A stretch of 64,000 bases of DNA from Myxococcota bacterium (GTDB lineage: Bacteria > Myxococcota_A > UBA9042 > PHBI01 > JAWLBL01): assembly GCA_041687695.1 (NCBI GenBank), contig JAWLBL010000008.1, forward strand, positions 1-64,000, written 5' to 3'. Numbering within the stretch: position 1 is the first letter of the stretch; each line of letters opens with the position of its first letter. Shown piece by piece: positions 48,818 through 60,025 of the stretch. The notes below the pieces were generated by a model. It had not been told where the DNA came from. It saw only the letters and a program-made list of their open reading frames with translations, and ran no database searches. The position numbers and the translations under genes are program-made.

Positions 48818-49573
48818 TCAGCTCTGCAGGTGCGAGAGCTCGGCCACGTCGAAGTTCGCGTCCGGGTAGTCCTCCATGTAGAGGAAGCGCTGGCAGCTCG
48901 GGCAGCTCTGCAGGGTCTCGCCGCGCTGGACCAGGATGTAGGTCTGAGGCGGCAGCCGCATCTGGCAGCCGGTGCACTTGCCGTTCTCGCCCACCGACAC
49001 GACGGCCTTGCCCTCGCGGCGGTCGAGCACCCGCTCGTAGCGGGCCAGCAGCGACCGGTTGATGCGGGCCCGCACGCCGGCCTTCTGCGCGCCGACGTCG
49101 CCGATGGCGGCGTCGAGCTCGCGGAGCCGGTCCGCGCTCGCCTGCTCCTCGCGCTCGACCTCGCCCTCGAGGTTGGACAGCTTGTCCTCCTCGGAGGCGA
49201 TGGAGCGCTTGTACTCCTCGATGGCCTCGGAGAGCCGCGTCAGCTCGGCCTCGTCCTCGGAGTACTTCTTGCGCAGCGTATCCAGCTCGCGCTGCATCGC
49301 CGCGTACTCCTTGGTCCGCGTCACCGTGGCGAGCTTCTGCTTGGCCCGGGCGAGGCGATCGCCGTCGGCCTGCAGGTCGATCTGCTTTTCCTGATGGAAC
49401 CGCTGCGCCTCGACCAGCTTGTCCCGCTTGTCTTCGAGCTCCGAGCCCATCCGTCCGAGGATGGCCTTGAGGCGCTCGATGTTCGCGGTCATCTCGTCGC
49501 GTTGCAGCTTGTGCACGCGGATCGCGTCATCGATCCGCTGCAGCTCGATCAGTGCTTCGATGGTATCCTTCAC
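48818..49573 (-). CDS. C4-type zinc ribbon coiled-coil protein (DUF164 family)
   Basis: LIELQRID, long coiled coil, CTGC...CPSCQRFLY; usual neighbour of rnpB. Confidence 0.9.
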   Translation of the reverse strand: MKDTIEALIELQRIDDAIRVHKLQRDEMTANIERLKAILGRMGSELEDKRDKLVEAQRFHQEKQIDLQADGDRLARAKQKLATVTRTKEYAAMQRELDTLRKKYSEDEAELTRLSEAIEEYKRSIASEEDKLSNLEGEVEREEQASADRLRELDAAIGDVGAQKAGVRARINRSLLARYERVLDRREGKAVVSVGENGKCTGCQMRLPPQTYILVQRGETLQSCPSCQRFLYMEDYPDANFDVAELSHLQS

Positions 49574-49720
49574 GACGCCCCCCAACACGCACGCGCACGC
49601 GTCTGCCCTTGAAAGCACAAGGGCGCCACCCTGAACGGATGGCGCCCGTAGCGCTCACTGCGGTAGTTGTCGGCTGCGTATCGGCCATTCGACAAACTGA
49701 GTCGCCTTGTTTCCAATCCG

Positions 49721-49793
49721 TGGGCCCACCTGGATTCGAACCAGGGACCAACCGGTTATGAGCCGGCGGCTCTCACCGCTGAGCTATAGGCCC
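49721..49793 (-). tRNA. tRNA with CAT anticodon, most likely tRNA-Ile2 (lysidine)
   Basis: GGGCCTATAGCTCAG...CCGGCTCATAACCGG...GGTTCGAATCC...GGGCCCA cloverleaf; CCA not encoded; downstream of rpoD. Confidence 0.92.
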
Positions 49794-49810
49794 GTGCCTA
49801 CAGGGTCGGG

Positions 49811-49840
49811 ACCGTAACGCCATCGTTCGCGCCAAGTCAA
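49811..49840 (-). promoter_or_regulatory. Sigma70-like promoter of the tRNA
   Basis: TTGACT-N18-TACGGT ending ~17 bp upstream of the tRNA. Confidence 0.5.
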
Positions 49841-49994
49841 CAAGAGGTTGAGCCCCTCGCCGCCCTGCCACGACGATGTCCGCCGCCGGCCTGTGCGGGC
49901 TGAAACCCACCCCCGGAGGCTTCATTCCCAGAGGCTCTCTGGGCGTCGGCGGCCCCGTCGGCCGGCTCCCGTCCGAGCCGCGATCTTCCCATCG

Positions 49995-50490
49995 AAGCGA
50001 CGACGGCCAGAGCGCCTGGACGCTCCGGCCGCGCCGTGCCCGGGACCCCGGCGCCTCGGTGTCGATCCCGGACCGACGACGGCCAGAGCGCGTGGACGCT
50101 CCGGCCGCGCCGTGCCCGGGCCCCCGGCGCCTCGCTGTCGATCCCGGAGCCGACGATGGCCAGAGCGCCTGGACGCTCCGGCTGCCCCGTGCCCGGGGCC
50201 GCGGCGCCTGGGTGTCGATCCCGGAAACGACGACGGCCAGAGCGTCTGGACGCTCCGGCCGTGCCGTGCCCGGCGCCTCGGTGTCGATCCCGGAAACGAC
50301 GACGGCCAGAGCGTCTGGACGCTCCGGCCGTGCCGTGCCCGGCGCCTCGGTGTCGATCCCGGAAACGACGACGGCCAGAGCGCGTGGACGCTCCGGCCGC
50401 GCCGTGCTCGGGCCCCGGTGCCTCGGTGTCGATCCCGGAAACGACGACGGCCAGAGCGCCTGGACGCTCCGGCCGTGCCGTGTCCGGGAC
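49995..50490. repeat. Tandem array of 7 x ~69-78-bp hairpin units downstream of rpoD
   Basis: Core GACGACGGCCAGAGCG(T/C)CTGGACGCTCCGGCCG plus CCTCGGTGTCGATCCCGG repeated. Confidence 0.93.
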
Positions 50491-50517
50491 TCCGGCGCCC
50501 GAGCGCCGAGCCCGATC

Positions 50518-52277
<1,760 letters not shown>

Positions 52278-52290
<13 letters not shown>

Positions 52291-54155
52291 CGCGTCCCTC
52301 GGGTGCCCTTCAGCGTGTTGAGCTGTTCCTGAATCTTCGCTTCTTCGACCAGGATCTGGATCAGATCCGTCTCGCGACCGGCGCGCGACAGGTCGCGCCG
52401 GCGCTGACTGAGCTCATGTTGTTGTCGTTTCAGCGCTTCGATCCGGAGTGCGGTCTCCAGCCCATCGAGATCTCGCCGCCAGTCTTGAGGCGGTGGTTGG
52501 GTCGTCATGGCCTGGAGGAGCGATGCGCGTAGCTCGACGTCTTCGAGCGCAGCTATGTAGTCATTGACGTTCAGCGTCTCTTCCGTCTCTCTGGACACCG
52601 CCAGAGCGTCGGCGGCTCTCTTAATGCGTTCGCTGGTCAACAGATTTCCGATTTCGTGTCCGAGGTAGACGAGCGAGGCGTCTGGGGCCAGCGTCAGCAG
52701 CACGAGGAGCTTGAGCTCGAGCACCGGCGGCGGGACCTTCGGGGCCGCTGGCGCGGACGCGCGGGGGGGCGGCGCGTCGGACCGGACTGGGGCGCCGCCC
52801 AGACGGGCGAGCGCGTCGCGCACGAACCGGGCGGTCTCAGCCTCCGACAACCCGAGGGCTTCGGCGAGGTGTCGGCCATAAAGCGACCGCTCGCGTCGGT
52901 CCTCGACCCGCCCCAGCACCGGCGCGAGCGCGTCGATGGCACGGACCTTGCCCTGCTGGCTGTCGCGCGCTCGCGTCTCCGCGGTCACCGCGTCGACCAG
53001 GAACTCCCAGCCGGGCAGGGCGCGGGCGATCAAGGCGTCGAGCGCCTCCTTGCCCTGGGCCCGGACGAAGGTGTCCGGGTCCTCGCCGTCCGGGAGCTGC
53101 ACCACCGCGACCTGCAGCCCCTCGGCGAGGGCCATCGGGATCGCCTTGATCGTGGCCGCCTGGCCCGCCCGGTCGCCGTCGTACAGCAGGACGACCTGCG
53201 GCACGAAGCGCCTGAGCAGCCGGCACTGCGGCTCGGTGAGCGCGGTGCCCAGCGGCGCCACGACGGCCTCGACGCCCTCTTGCGAAAGGCGCATCACGTC
53301 CACGTTGCCCTCGACGAGGACCGCGTGGCCGGCGACGCGCATCGCCTTTCGCGCCTCGTGCAAGCCGAAGAGCATGGCGCCCTTGGTGTACACGGGGGTC
53401 TCGGGCGAGTTGACGTACTTGGCGACGTCCTTCTCGGTCGACAGCGTGCGCCCGGAGTAGGCGACGATGTCCCCCGAGAGGGTGCGGATCGGGAACATGA
53501 GCCGGTTGCGGAACCGGTCGTAGTGCCCGCCGCCGGACTCTCCACCACGCTGGCGCGGGACGCAGAAGCCCAGCGTCTCGGCGAGACGAAGATCTTGACT
53601 CTGGCTGACAAAGAACGTGCTGAGGCCGTCCCAGCGGTCCGGCGCGAAGCCGAGCCCGAAGCGATCGACGGTCGGGAGCGTCAGGCCGCGCTCGCGGAGG
53701 TAGGCGCGGCAGGGCTGCCCTTCGGCGGCCCCGAGCGCGTCCACGAAGAAGCGCTGCGCGAGGCGCGCCATGGCGTAGCACGCGTCCTTGAACCCGCGCG
53801 GCGCCGAGGCGCCGTCGCCGCCCCGACCGCCCGCCCGACGGCGGCCGTCGGCGGGCTCCTCGGGGATGTCGATCCCCGCGCGCCCGGCGAGGTGGCGCAC
53901 CGCTTCGACGAAGCTGTAGCCGTTGATCTCGCGGAGGAACGAGATCACGTCCCCGCCGGTCTGGCACCCAAAACAGTAAAAGAACTGACGGTCCTCGTGG
54001 ACCGTGAAGGACGGGCTCTTCTCGGCGTGGAAGGGACACAGGCCCTTCCACGACGTCCCGGCCTTCTTCAGCGAGACGTAGTCGCCGATGACCGCCACGA
54101 TGTTGTTGCGGTCACGGACCTCTTGCAGGAGCGCGTCATCGAACCGCCCGGACAC
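52278..54155 (-). CDS. dnaG: DNA primase
   Basis: [11 protein letters not shown]...CFGC zinc finger, [29 protein letters not shown]. Confidence 0.97.
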
Positions 54156-54227
54156 GCTCGTTCCCCCTCCCCACTCGGCCGCCGCGTGGCGTAGAGCGGC
54201 CCAAGGGTAGGGATCGCGAGGGTGGTG

Positions 54228-54926
54228 TCAAGCATCGGGACCGCGCGGGGCCGGCGCCGGGGCTAGAGGCACGCGCGCGGGCCCCGGCCGCGGGCGCCCG
54301 AGGCCGCCCGGGCAGGGCGGCAAGAGCGTGGCGAACACGCCCAGGACGGAGTTCATGTCGCCGTCGATCCGGATCTTGCCGGTGAAGAAGGCCGTCTGTG
54401 GGTTCTCGCGCCCGGCGGCCATGTCGACCAGATCGGTCAGGGCGACGGTCACCTTGGCGAGCGGGGCGTCGGGGTTCGGGGTCTGCCCGCCGGTCGCGAG
54501 CGTCACCTTGAACTCCTGGTTCTCCTCGCGGTCGTCGATGACCAGCTGCAGGTCGCCCGCCAGGCCCTTCATCGCCTCGACCTTGTCGGCGTTGCGATAG
54601 AGCTTGGCCAGCATCTTGGGGTCGACGGCGACCTTGCCGACGGCCGCCTTCAGGGTGTCGCGGATGCGGCCGGCGACGACCTCGCGCCAGTCGGCGACGG
54701 TCAGCTGGACGTGCAGGCCGGGGCTCGAGACCGTGCCCGGCTCGAGCTGCAGGTGCTGGCCCACCACGCCGATGGTCCAGCTGCCGCCGCCCGCGCCGGT
54801 CAGGGTCACCTGCCCCTTGTCACGGCTGGCGTTGTCCGGGACCGGCTCGGTCGACAGGACCTGGTTGACCAGGGTCGCGAAGTCTTCGGGGACGATGTGG
54901 CGCGGCAGATCGGCGAAGTCGGTCAC
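54228..54926 (-). CDS. SCP2 sterol-binding domain protein
   Basis: LTGAGGGSW and NPQTAFFTGKIRIDGDM. Confidence 0.8.
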   Translation of the reverse strand: MTDFADLPRHIVPEDFATLVNQVLSTEPVPDNASRDKGQVTLTGAGGGSWTIGVVGQHLQLEPGTVSSPGLHVQLTVADWREVVAGRIRDTLKAAVGKVAVDPKMLAKLYRNADKVEAMKGLAGDLQLVIDDREENQEFKVTLATGGQTPNPDAPLAKVTVALTDLVDMAAGRENPQTAFFTGKIRIDGDMNSVLGVFATLLPPCPGGLGRPRPGPARVPLAPAPAPRGPDA

Positions 54927-55040
54927 GGCGACGGCTCACGGGGCAAGGGTTCATCGGGCGGACGGGGCCAGGAAGGCCCGGAACCTAGGGACGGCGCCCC
55001 TCGTTGTCAAGGCGTGCCGCGCCATGCTAACCCCGGGCCC

Positions 55041-55715
55041 ATGCCCCGCTGCTTCGTCCCGTCGCTGCTCGTCGCCCTGACCCTGTCGCTGCTCCCCGCC
55101 GCGACCTCCGCCGCCGTCCCCGCCAGCGACGCCGTCGTGGCCAAGGCGCGGACCGTCCACGTGGCGCCGCCAGCGGACCACGCCCTGGTCCTGGTGCTCA
55201 CCGAGCGCGCCGCCGAAGGCCAGCCCCGGCGCGTCCTTCGTGTCGTGCGCGCGCGCGGCGAGCGCTGGCTCGAGGTCGAGGCCTTCGGGGCGCCGGTCCC
55301 GTGGCCCGTCGAGGAGACGCCGCCGGCCGATCTCCCGCGCCTGACCGACTGGGTCGACTGGCTCCACGCCGGCCCCAGCGACGCCGTCCTGGCGCAGGCC
55401 GGCGTCGATCGCGGCCGCACCTCGCTCGGCCTCGCCGGCCGCACCGTGCTCTGGGTCGTGGGCGCGGGCCCGCGCGAGCCCGCCCGCCCTCAGGTCGCCA
55501 TCGAGCGCGCCACCGGGCGCCTCCGGCGTTGGCACACCCCCCTCGTCCAGGTGACCTTCGACGGCGCCGCCCACGAGGCGCGCTGGCCCGCCCTCGTCAC
55601 CTTCACCCGCGACGGGCGACCGCCGCTCGCCTTCGAGCTGACCGAGGTCCGGCTCGTGCCCGACGCGCTGGCCCCGGCGCCGCCCGCGCCGCGCACGGTC
55701 CCGCCCGGGCCGTGA
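55041..55715 (+). CDS. Hypothetical secreted protein
   Basis: Signal peptide; stop overlaps the priA GTG. Confidence 0.6.
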   Translation: MPRCFVPSLLVALTLSLLPAATSAAVPASDAVVAKARTVHVAPPADHALVLVLTERAAEGQPRRVLRVVRARGERWLEVEAFGAPVPWPVEETPPADLPRLTDWVDWLHAGPSDAVLAQAGVDRGRTSLGLAGRTVLWVVGAGPREPARPQVAIERATGRLRRWHTPLVQVTFDGAAHEARWPALVTFTRDGRPPLAFELTEVRLVPDALAPAPPAPRTVPPGP

Positions 55716-57952
55716 CGCGCCGCTTCGTCCAGGTCGCGGTCCCGGTCCCGCTGCACCAGACCTTCACCTACGGCCTGCCGGCCGGCCTCGACGCCCAGCC
55801 CGGCGTGCGCGTGCAGGTCCCGTTCGGCCCGCGCCGGCTGGTCGGCCTGGTCGTCGAGCCCCCCAGCGACAGCCCGTCGGGGGGCTTCGACCCCAAACGC
55901 ATCCGGGACGTGCTGGCCGTCCTCGACCCGGCCCCGGTGCTCGGCGCCGACCTGCTGGCCCTGTCGCGCTGGTTGGCCGACTACTACCACGCGCCGCCAG
56001 GCGAGGCCTTCCTGCTGCCGCTGCCGCCCGCCATGAGCGGCGGCAAGAAGGGCGAGGCCCGCGAGCACGCACCCAAGACCGAGTCCATCGCCCGCTTCGT
56101 CGCGCGGCCGCCGGACGACGCGCGCCTGGGCGACAAGATGGACGCGGCGCTCAGCTGGCTCGAGACCGTCGGCGTCGCCAGCCTGCGCGAGGTGCGCGAC
56201 GCGACCGGCGCCGACCGCGGCGTCATGACGCGGCTCGAGACGCGAGGCCTGGTGACGCTCGAGCAGCGCGAGGTCGCGCGCGACCCGTTCGCGGCGATGC
56301 CGACGACGCCCGACGCGGCGCCGCCGCCGACCGACGAGCAGGCCGCCGCGGTCCAGACCATCTCGGCCAGCTTCGGCGCCTACCGCGGGCACCTGCTGCA
56401 CGGCGTGACCGGCAGCGGCAAGACCGAGGTCTACCTGGCCCTCATCGACGACGTCCTGGCCCGCGGCGAGGCCGCGATCGTGCTGGTGCCCGAGATCGCA
56501 CTGACCCCGCAGCTGGTCGGCCGCTTCCGCGCGCGCCTGGGCGACCGGGTCGCCGTCCTGCACTCGGGGCTGGACCCGGCCGCGCGCCATGAGCAGTGGC
56601 TGCGCATCGCCGCCGGTGAGCTGCCCGTCGTCATCGGCGCCCGCTCGGCCCTGTTCGCGCCCACGCCGCGGCTCGGCCTCATCGTCGTCGACGAGGAGCA
56701 CGAGCCCAGCTTCAAGCAGGACTCGGCCCCCCGGTATCACGCCCGCGACCTCGCGCTCGTCCGCGGCTCGCTGGCCGGCGCGCCCGTCGTCCTGGGCAGC
56801 GCCACCCCCTCGCTCGAGACCTGGGCCAACGTCGCGCGCGGCAAGCTGACCCGCGTCACCCTGGCCCAGCGCGTGCACGCCCGCCCGCTGCCCGAGGTCG
56901 CGCTGGTCGACCTGCGCACCGCCGAGGTGGCCGACCCCGACGGGATGCTCTCGACCGAGCTCGTCACGGCGCTGACCGACACGGTCGCGCGCGGCGAGCA
57001 GGCCATCCTCTTCCTCAACCGCCGCGGCTTCGCGGCCTTCGTCCTGTGCCGCGCCTGCGGCGCTCGCATGGCCTGCCCCGCCTGCAGCGTCAGCTACACC
57101 TGGCACCGCCGCCGCGCCCGCCTGGTGTGCCACTACTGCGATCGCGTCGAGCCGCTGCCGCCGCGCTGCCCCGGCTGCCACGACGACGCCCTGCAAGAGG
57201 TCGGCTTCGGCACCGAGCGCGCCGAGGCCCTGCTCGAGACCTTGCTCCCGGGCGCGCGCGTCGGCCGCATGGACCGCGACACGACACGCGGGCAGGCCCT
57301 GCTCTCCCTGCTCGATCGCTTCCGCCGGCGCGAGCTGGACGTCCTGGTCGGCACCCAGATGGTCGCCAAGGGCCACGACTTCCCTGGCGTCACCCTGGTC
57401 GGGGTCCTGCTGGCCGAGCAGGGGCTGGGCATGCCCGATCCGCGCGCCGCCGAGCGCACCTTCCAGCTCCTGACCCAGATCGCCGGCCGCGCGGGCCGCG
57501 CCGACAAGCCGGGGCGCGTGCTGGTCCAGACCTTCGAGCCGGCCCACTATGCGCTGACCTATGCCGCGCGCCACGACGCGACGGGCTTTCTGGATGACGA
57601 GCTGGCCCGCCGCCACGAGCGCGCCCTGCCGCCTTGGGCCCACCTGGCCTTGCTGCGCGTCTCGGGGCCCGATCGGGATCGGGCCGAGGACGAGGCCCAC
57701 CGGGTGGCCGAGCTCCTGCACGAGGCGCTGCGCGCCGACTCCGAGGCGCGGCGCGTCTCGGTGGTCATCGGCCCGCGCCCGGCCATCGTCGAGCGCATCG
57801 CCGGCCGCTGGCGCCACCAGATCCTGCTCAAGTCCGGCACCCGCGCCGCGCTGCACGCCACCCTGCGCCGCGCGACCGCCGCCCTCGACGCGGCGCCCCT
57901 GCCGTCGTCCGTGCAGCTGGCGCTGGACGTGGACCCGCTGAGCTTTCTGTAG
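55712..57952 (+). CDS. priA: Primosomal protein N' (replication restart helicase)
   Basis: GVTGSGKTEVY, VPEIALTPQ, DEEHE, CxxC zinc motifs, GTQMVAKGHDF, DVDP. Confidence 0.97.
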   Translation: MTRRFVQVAVPVPLHQTFTYGLPAGLDAQPGVRVQVPFGPRRLVGLVVEPPSDSPSGGFDPKRIRDVLAVLDPAPVLGADLLALSRWLADYYHAPPGEAFLLPLPPAMSGGKKGEAREHAPKTESIARFVARPPDDARLGDKMDAALSWLETVGVASLREVRDATGADRGVMTRLETRGLVTLEQREVARDPFAAMPTTPDAAPPPTDEQAAAVQTISASFGAYRGHLLHGVTGSGKTEVYLALIDDVLARGEAAIVLVPEIALTPQLVGRFRARLGDRVAVLHSGLDPAARHEQWLRIAAGELPVVIGARSALFAPTPRLGLIVVDEEHEPSFKQDSAPRYHARDLALVRGSLAGAPVVLGSATPSLETWANVARGKLTRVTLAQRVHARPLPEVALVDLRTAEVADPDGMLSTELVTALTDTVARGEQAILFLNRRGFAAFVLCRACGARMACPACSVSYTWHRRRARLVCHYCDRVEPLPPRCPGCHDDALQEVGFGTERAEALLETLLPGARVGRMDRDTTRGQALLSLLDRFRRRELDVLVGTQMVAKGHDFPGVTLVGVLLAEQGLGMPDPRAAERTFQLLTQIAGRAGRADKPGRVLVQTFEPAHYALTYAARHDATGFLDDELARRHERALPPWAHLALLRVSGPDRDRAEDEAHRVAELLHEALRADSEARRVSVVIGPRPAIVERIAGRWRHQILLKSGTRAALHATLRRATAALDAAPLPSSVQLALDVDPLSFL

Positions 57953-58051
57953 CGGGCGTTCGAAACGCGAAATGCGCGGTCGCCGACCCGTTGTCCGGGG
58001 AGGCGCCGCGCCGTTCGCTGCAGGGGATGGGGAACCGAAAGGAGCCGGCGA

Positions 58052-58753
58052 TCAGCCGCGCATCACGTACTCGACCGCCAGCTCGACCTCTTCGACCATG
58101 GCGCCGTTGCCCTTGCCGTCGAGGCGGAAGCTGGTCCACTTCATCGGCCAGGCGTCGATGAATCGATAGGTCGACACGTAGGTCTGCCCATCGTCGGCGA
58201 TGAGGTGGATGGCGCCGGTCTTGCGCGAGACCGAGCCGTCCATCAGCTCCTTGCACCAGTCCCAGAGCTTGGAGTTGGGCGTGTAGCCCTTGGTCAGCTT
58301 GATCGACCCGAACTTCTTCATGCCCGGGCGCTTCTTCGGGTACGGGTCCATGCTGTCGCGCCACTCGATGAGGTCGAACTCGACCGAGAGGCCGTCGCAC
58401 TTCTGGAAGCGCCCCGCGTTCAGGCCGTCGATCTCGAGGACGAAGTTGAAGTCGCCCCAATGGTCGTCGACGCGGTTGTGCTCGCCCTTGCGCTCGAGCG
58501 GCGTGATCGTGACGCCCGGCGACTCGTGTCCGTTGGTCCCGCCGCTGGTGGTCGCCAGGTTCGTCTTGGTCACGCCGCCGTGGTAGACGCCCGCGGTCCC
58601 GCCGTTCGTCGGAGAGAGCGTCGTCTTGGTCACGCCGCCGTGGTACACGCCCGTCGTCGGGACGCCCTTGGGGGCGCTACCCTGCGTCGGGACGAGCTTC
58701 GTCGTCGTCACGGATCGGCCGACCACCTTGTTCCATTGATCGCTGAATCCCAT
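58052..58753 (-). CDS. T4 gp19-like tail tube protein (eCIS Afp1/5-type) with N-terminal extension
   Basis: FNFVLEIDG, FQKCDGL, KRPG, IKLTKG, LWDW, DAWPMKW, VEEVELAVE; extra ~95 aa with repeats. Confidence 0.85.
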   Translation of the reverse strand: MGFSDQWNKVVGRSVTTTKLVPTQGSAPKGVPTTGVYHGGVTKTTLSPTNGGTAGVYHGGVTKTNLATTSGGTNGHESPGVTITPLERKGEHNRVDDHWGDFNFVLEIDGLNAGRFQKCDGLSVEFDLIEWRDSMDPYPKKRPGMKKFGSIKLTKGYTPNSKLWDWCKELMDGSVSRKTGAIHLIADDGQTYVSTYRFIDAWPMKWTSFRLDGKGNGAMVEEVELAVEYVMRG

Positions 58754-58864
58754 CGGGTCCTGCTCCTATCCCCTGGAGAGTGGTCGGACAGCGCGCACGG
58801 ATGGGAGGATAGATCGGGCCAGTTCCAGGATGCAAGCGGTCCAACCTCGTTGTATCGTGCGCGC

Positions 58865-59935
58865 ATGGATCACCCTGTCGACACTGACGAAATCCGTCTG
58901 ACCACCCTGGTCACGACCGGCGGTTGAGCGGCCAAGCTGGGTCCGGCGGACCTGGCCCGCGTCCTCGAACGCCTCCCGGTCGCGACCGACCCCCGCGTGC
59001 TCGTGGGGTTCGGTCACAGCGACGACGCCGCGGTGTATCTCGCGGCGCCGGATCTGGCCGTGGTGCAGTCCATCGACATCTTCGGGCCCGTCGTCGACGA
59101 CCCGTTCGACTTCGGGCGCATCGCGGCCGCCAACGCGCTCAGCGACCTGTACGCCATGGGCGTCGAGCCGGCGTTCGCCCTGGCCTTCGTCGGCTTCCCG
59201 ATGGGCGATCTGCCCGAGAGCGTGCTCGAGGCGATCCTCGCCGGCGGCGCCGAGGCGTGTCGGCAGGCCGGCGCGTCGATCATCGGCGGCCACTCCATCC
59301 GCGACAAGGAGCCCAAGTACGGCCTCGCCGTCACCGGCTTCGGGCGCCCCGACGCGATCGTCACCAACGCGGGCGGCCGCCCGGGCGACGCCCTGGTCCT
59401 CACCAAGCCCCTGGGCTCGGGCATCCTGACCACCGCGCTCAAGCGCCAGCTGCTCGGCCCCGACGCCGTCCGCGACGTCACCGAGCTGATGGCCACCCTC
59501 AACCGCGGCGCTTCGGCCGCCGCGCGCGCCGCCGGCGTCCACGCGATGACCGACGTGACCGGCTTCGGCCTGCTGGGCCACCTCGCCGAGCTGGCGCGCG
59601 CCTCGGGCGTCGCCGCCGAGGTGGACGCCGCCGCCGTGCCGCTGCTGCCCGGCGTCCTGACCTTCGCGGGCTCCGGCGTCGTGCCGGGGGGCAGCCGCCG
59701 CAACCTCACCGATCTGGGCCCGGCCGTCCGGTTCGACGACGCGGTGCCCGAGCCGCTGCGCCTCGCGCTCGGCGACGCCCAGACCTCGGGCGGGCTGCTC
59801 ATCGCCGTCGCCCCCGAGCGCCTCCCCGCGCTGCTGGCCGGCCTGGGCCCGCCCCACTCCCCGGCCGCCGCCGTCATCGGCCGCCTCGTCGCGCGGGCGC
59901 ACCCCGACACCGCGCCCCTCATCCACGTCCGCTAG
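58865..59935 (+). CDS. selD: Selenide, water dikinase, selenocysteine-containing (UGA at 58925-58927)
   Basis: IRLTTLVTTGG-UGA-AAKLGP in frame with DDAAV, AANALSDLYAMG, GGHSI, TDVTGFGLLGH, DAQTSGGLL. Confidence 0.93.
58928..58960 (+). promoter_or_regulatory. Putative bacterial SECIS hairpin
   Basis: GGGTCC-GGC-GGACCT apical stem-loop ~11 nt 3' of the UGA, with a GCGGCC/GGCCCGC lower stem. Confidence 0.7.
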
Positions 59936-60025
59936 CGTCGCCGCCCGCTGCTCGCGCATTGTCGTTTGTGGCGAGCCCTGACAAGCTGCTAGCCTATCGC
60001 GCCCGGACGAGGCGGAGGAGCTTCG

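Noticed and set aside
49721..49793. Initiator tRNA-Met
   Set aside because: It has a paired G1-C72 and lacks the three consecutive G-C anticodon-stem pairs of initiators. Sequence and position after rpoD fit tRNA-Ile2 better; elongator Met is not fully excluded.
49995..50490. Possible CRISPR array or integrated element next to the tRNA
   Set aside because: Inter-core segments are variants of one sequence. No integrase or duplicated tRNA 3' end was seen.
58052..58753. Prophage
   Set aside because: A single tail-tube gene flanked by housekeeping genes, with no other phage functions.
58865..58996. selD pseudogene with a premature stop
   Set aside because: The TGA is at the catalytic Cys/Sec position and is followed by a SECIS-like hairpin.
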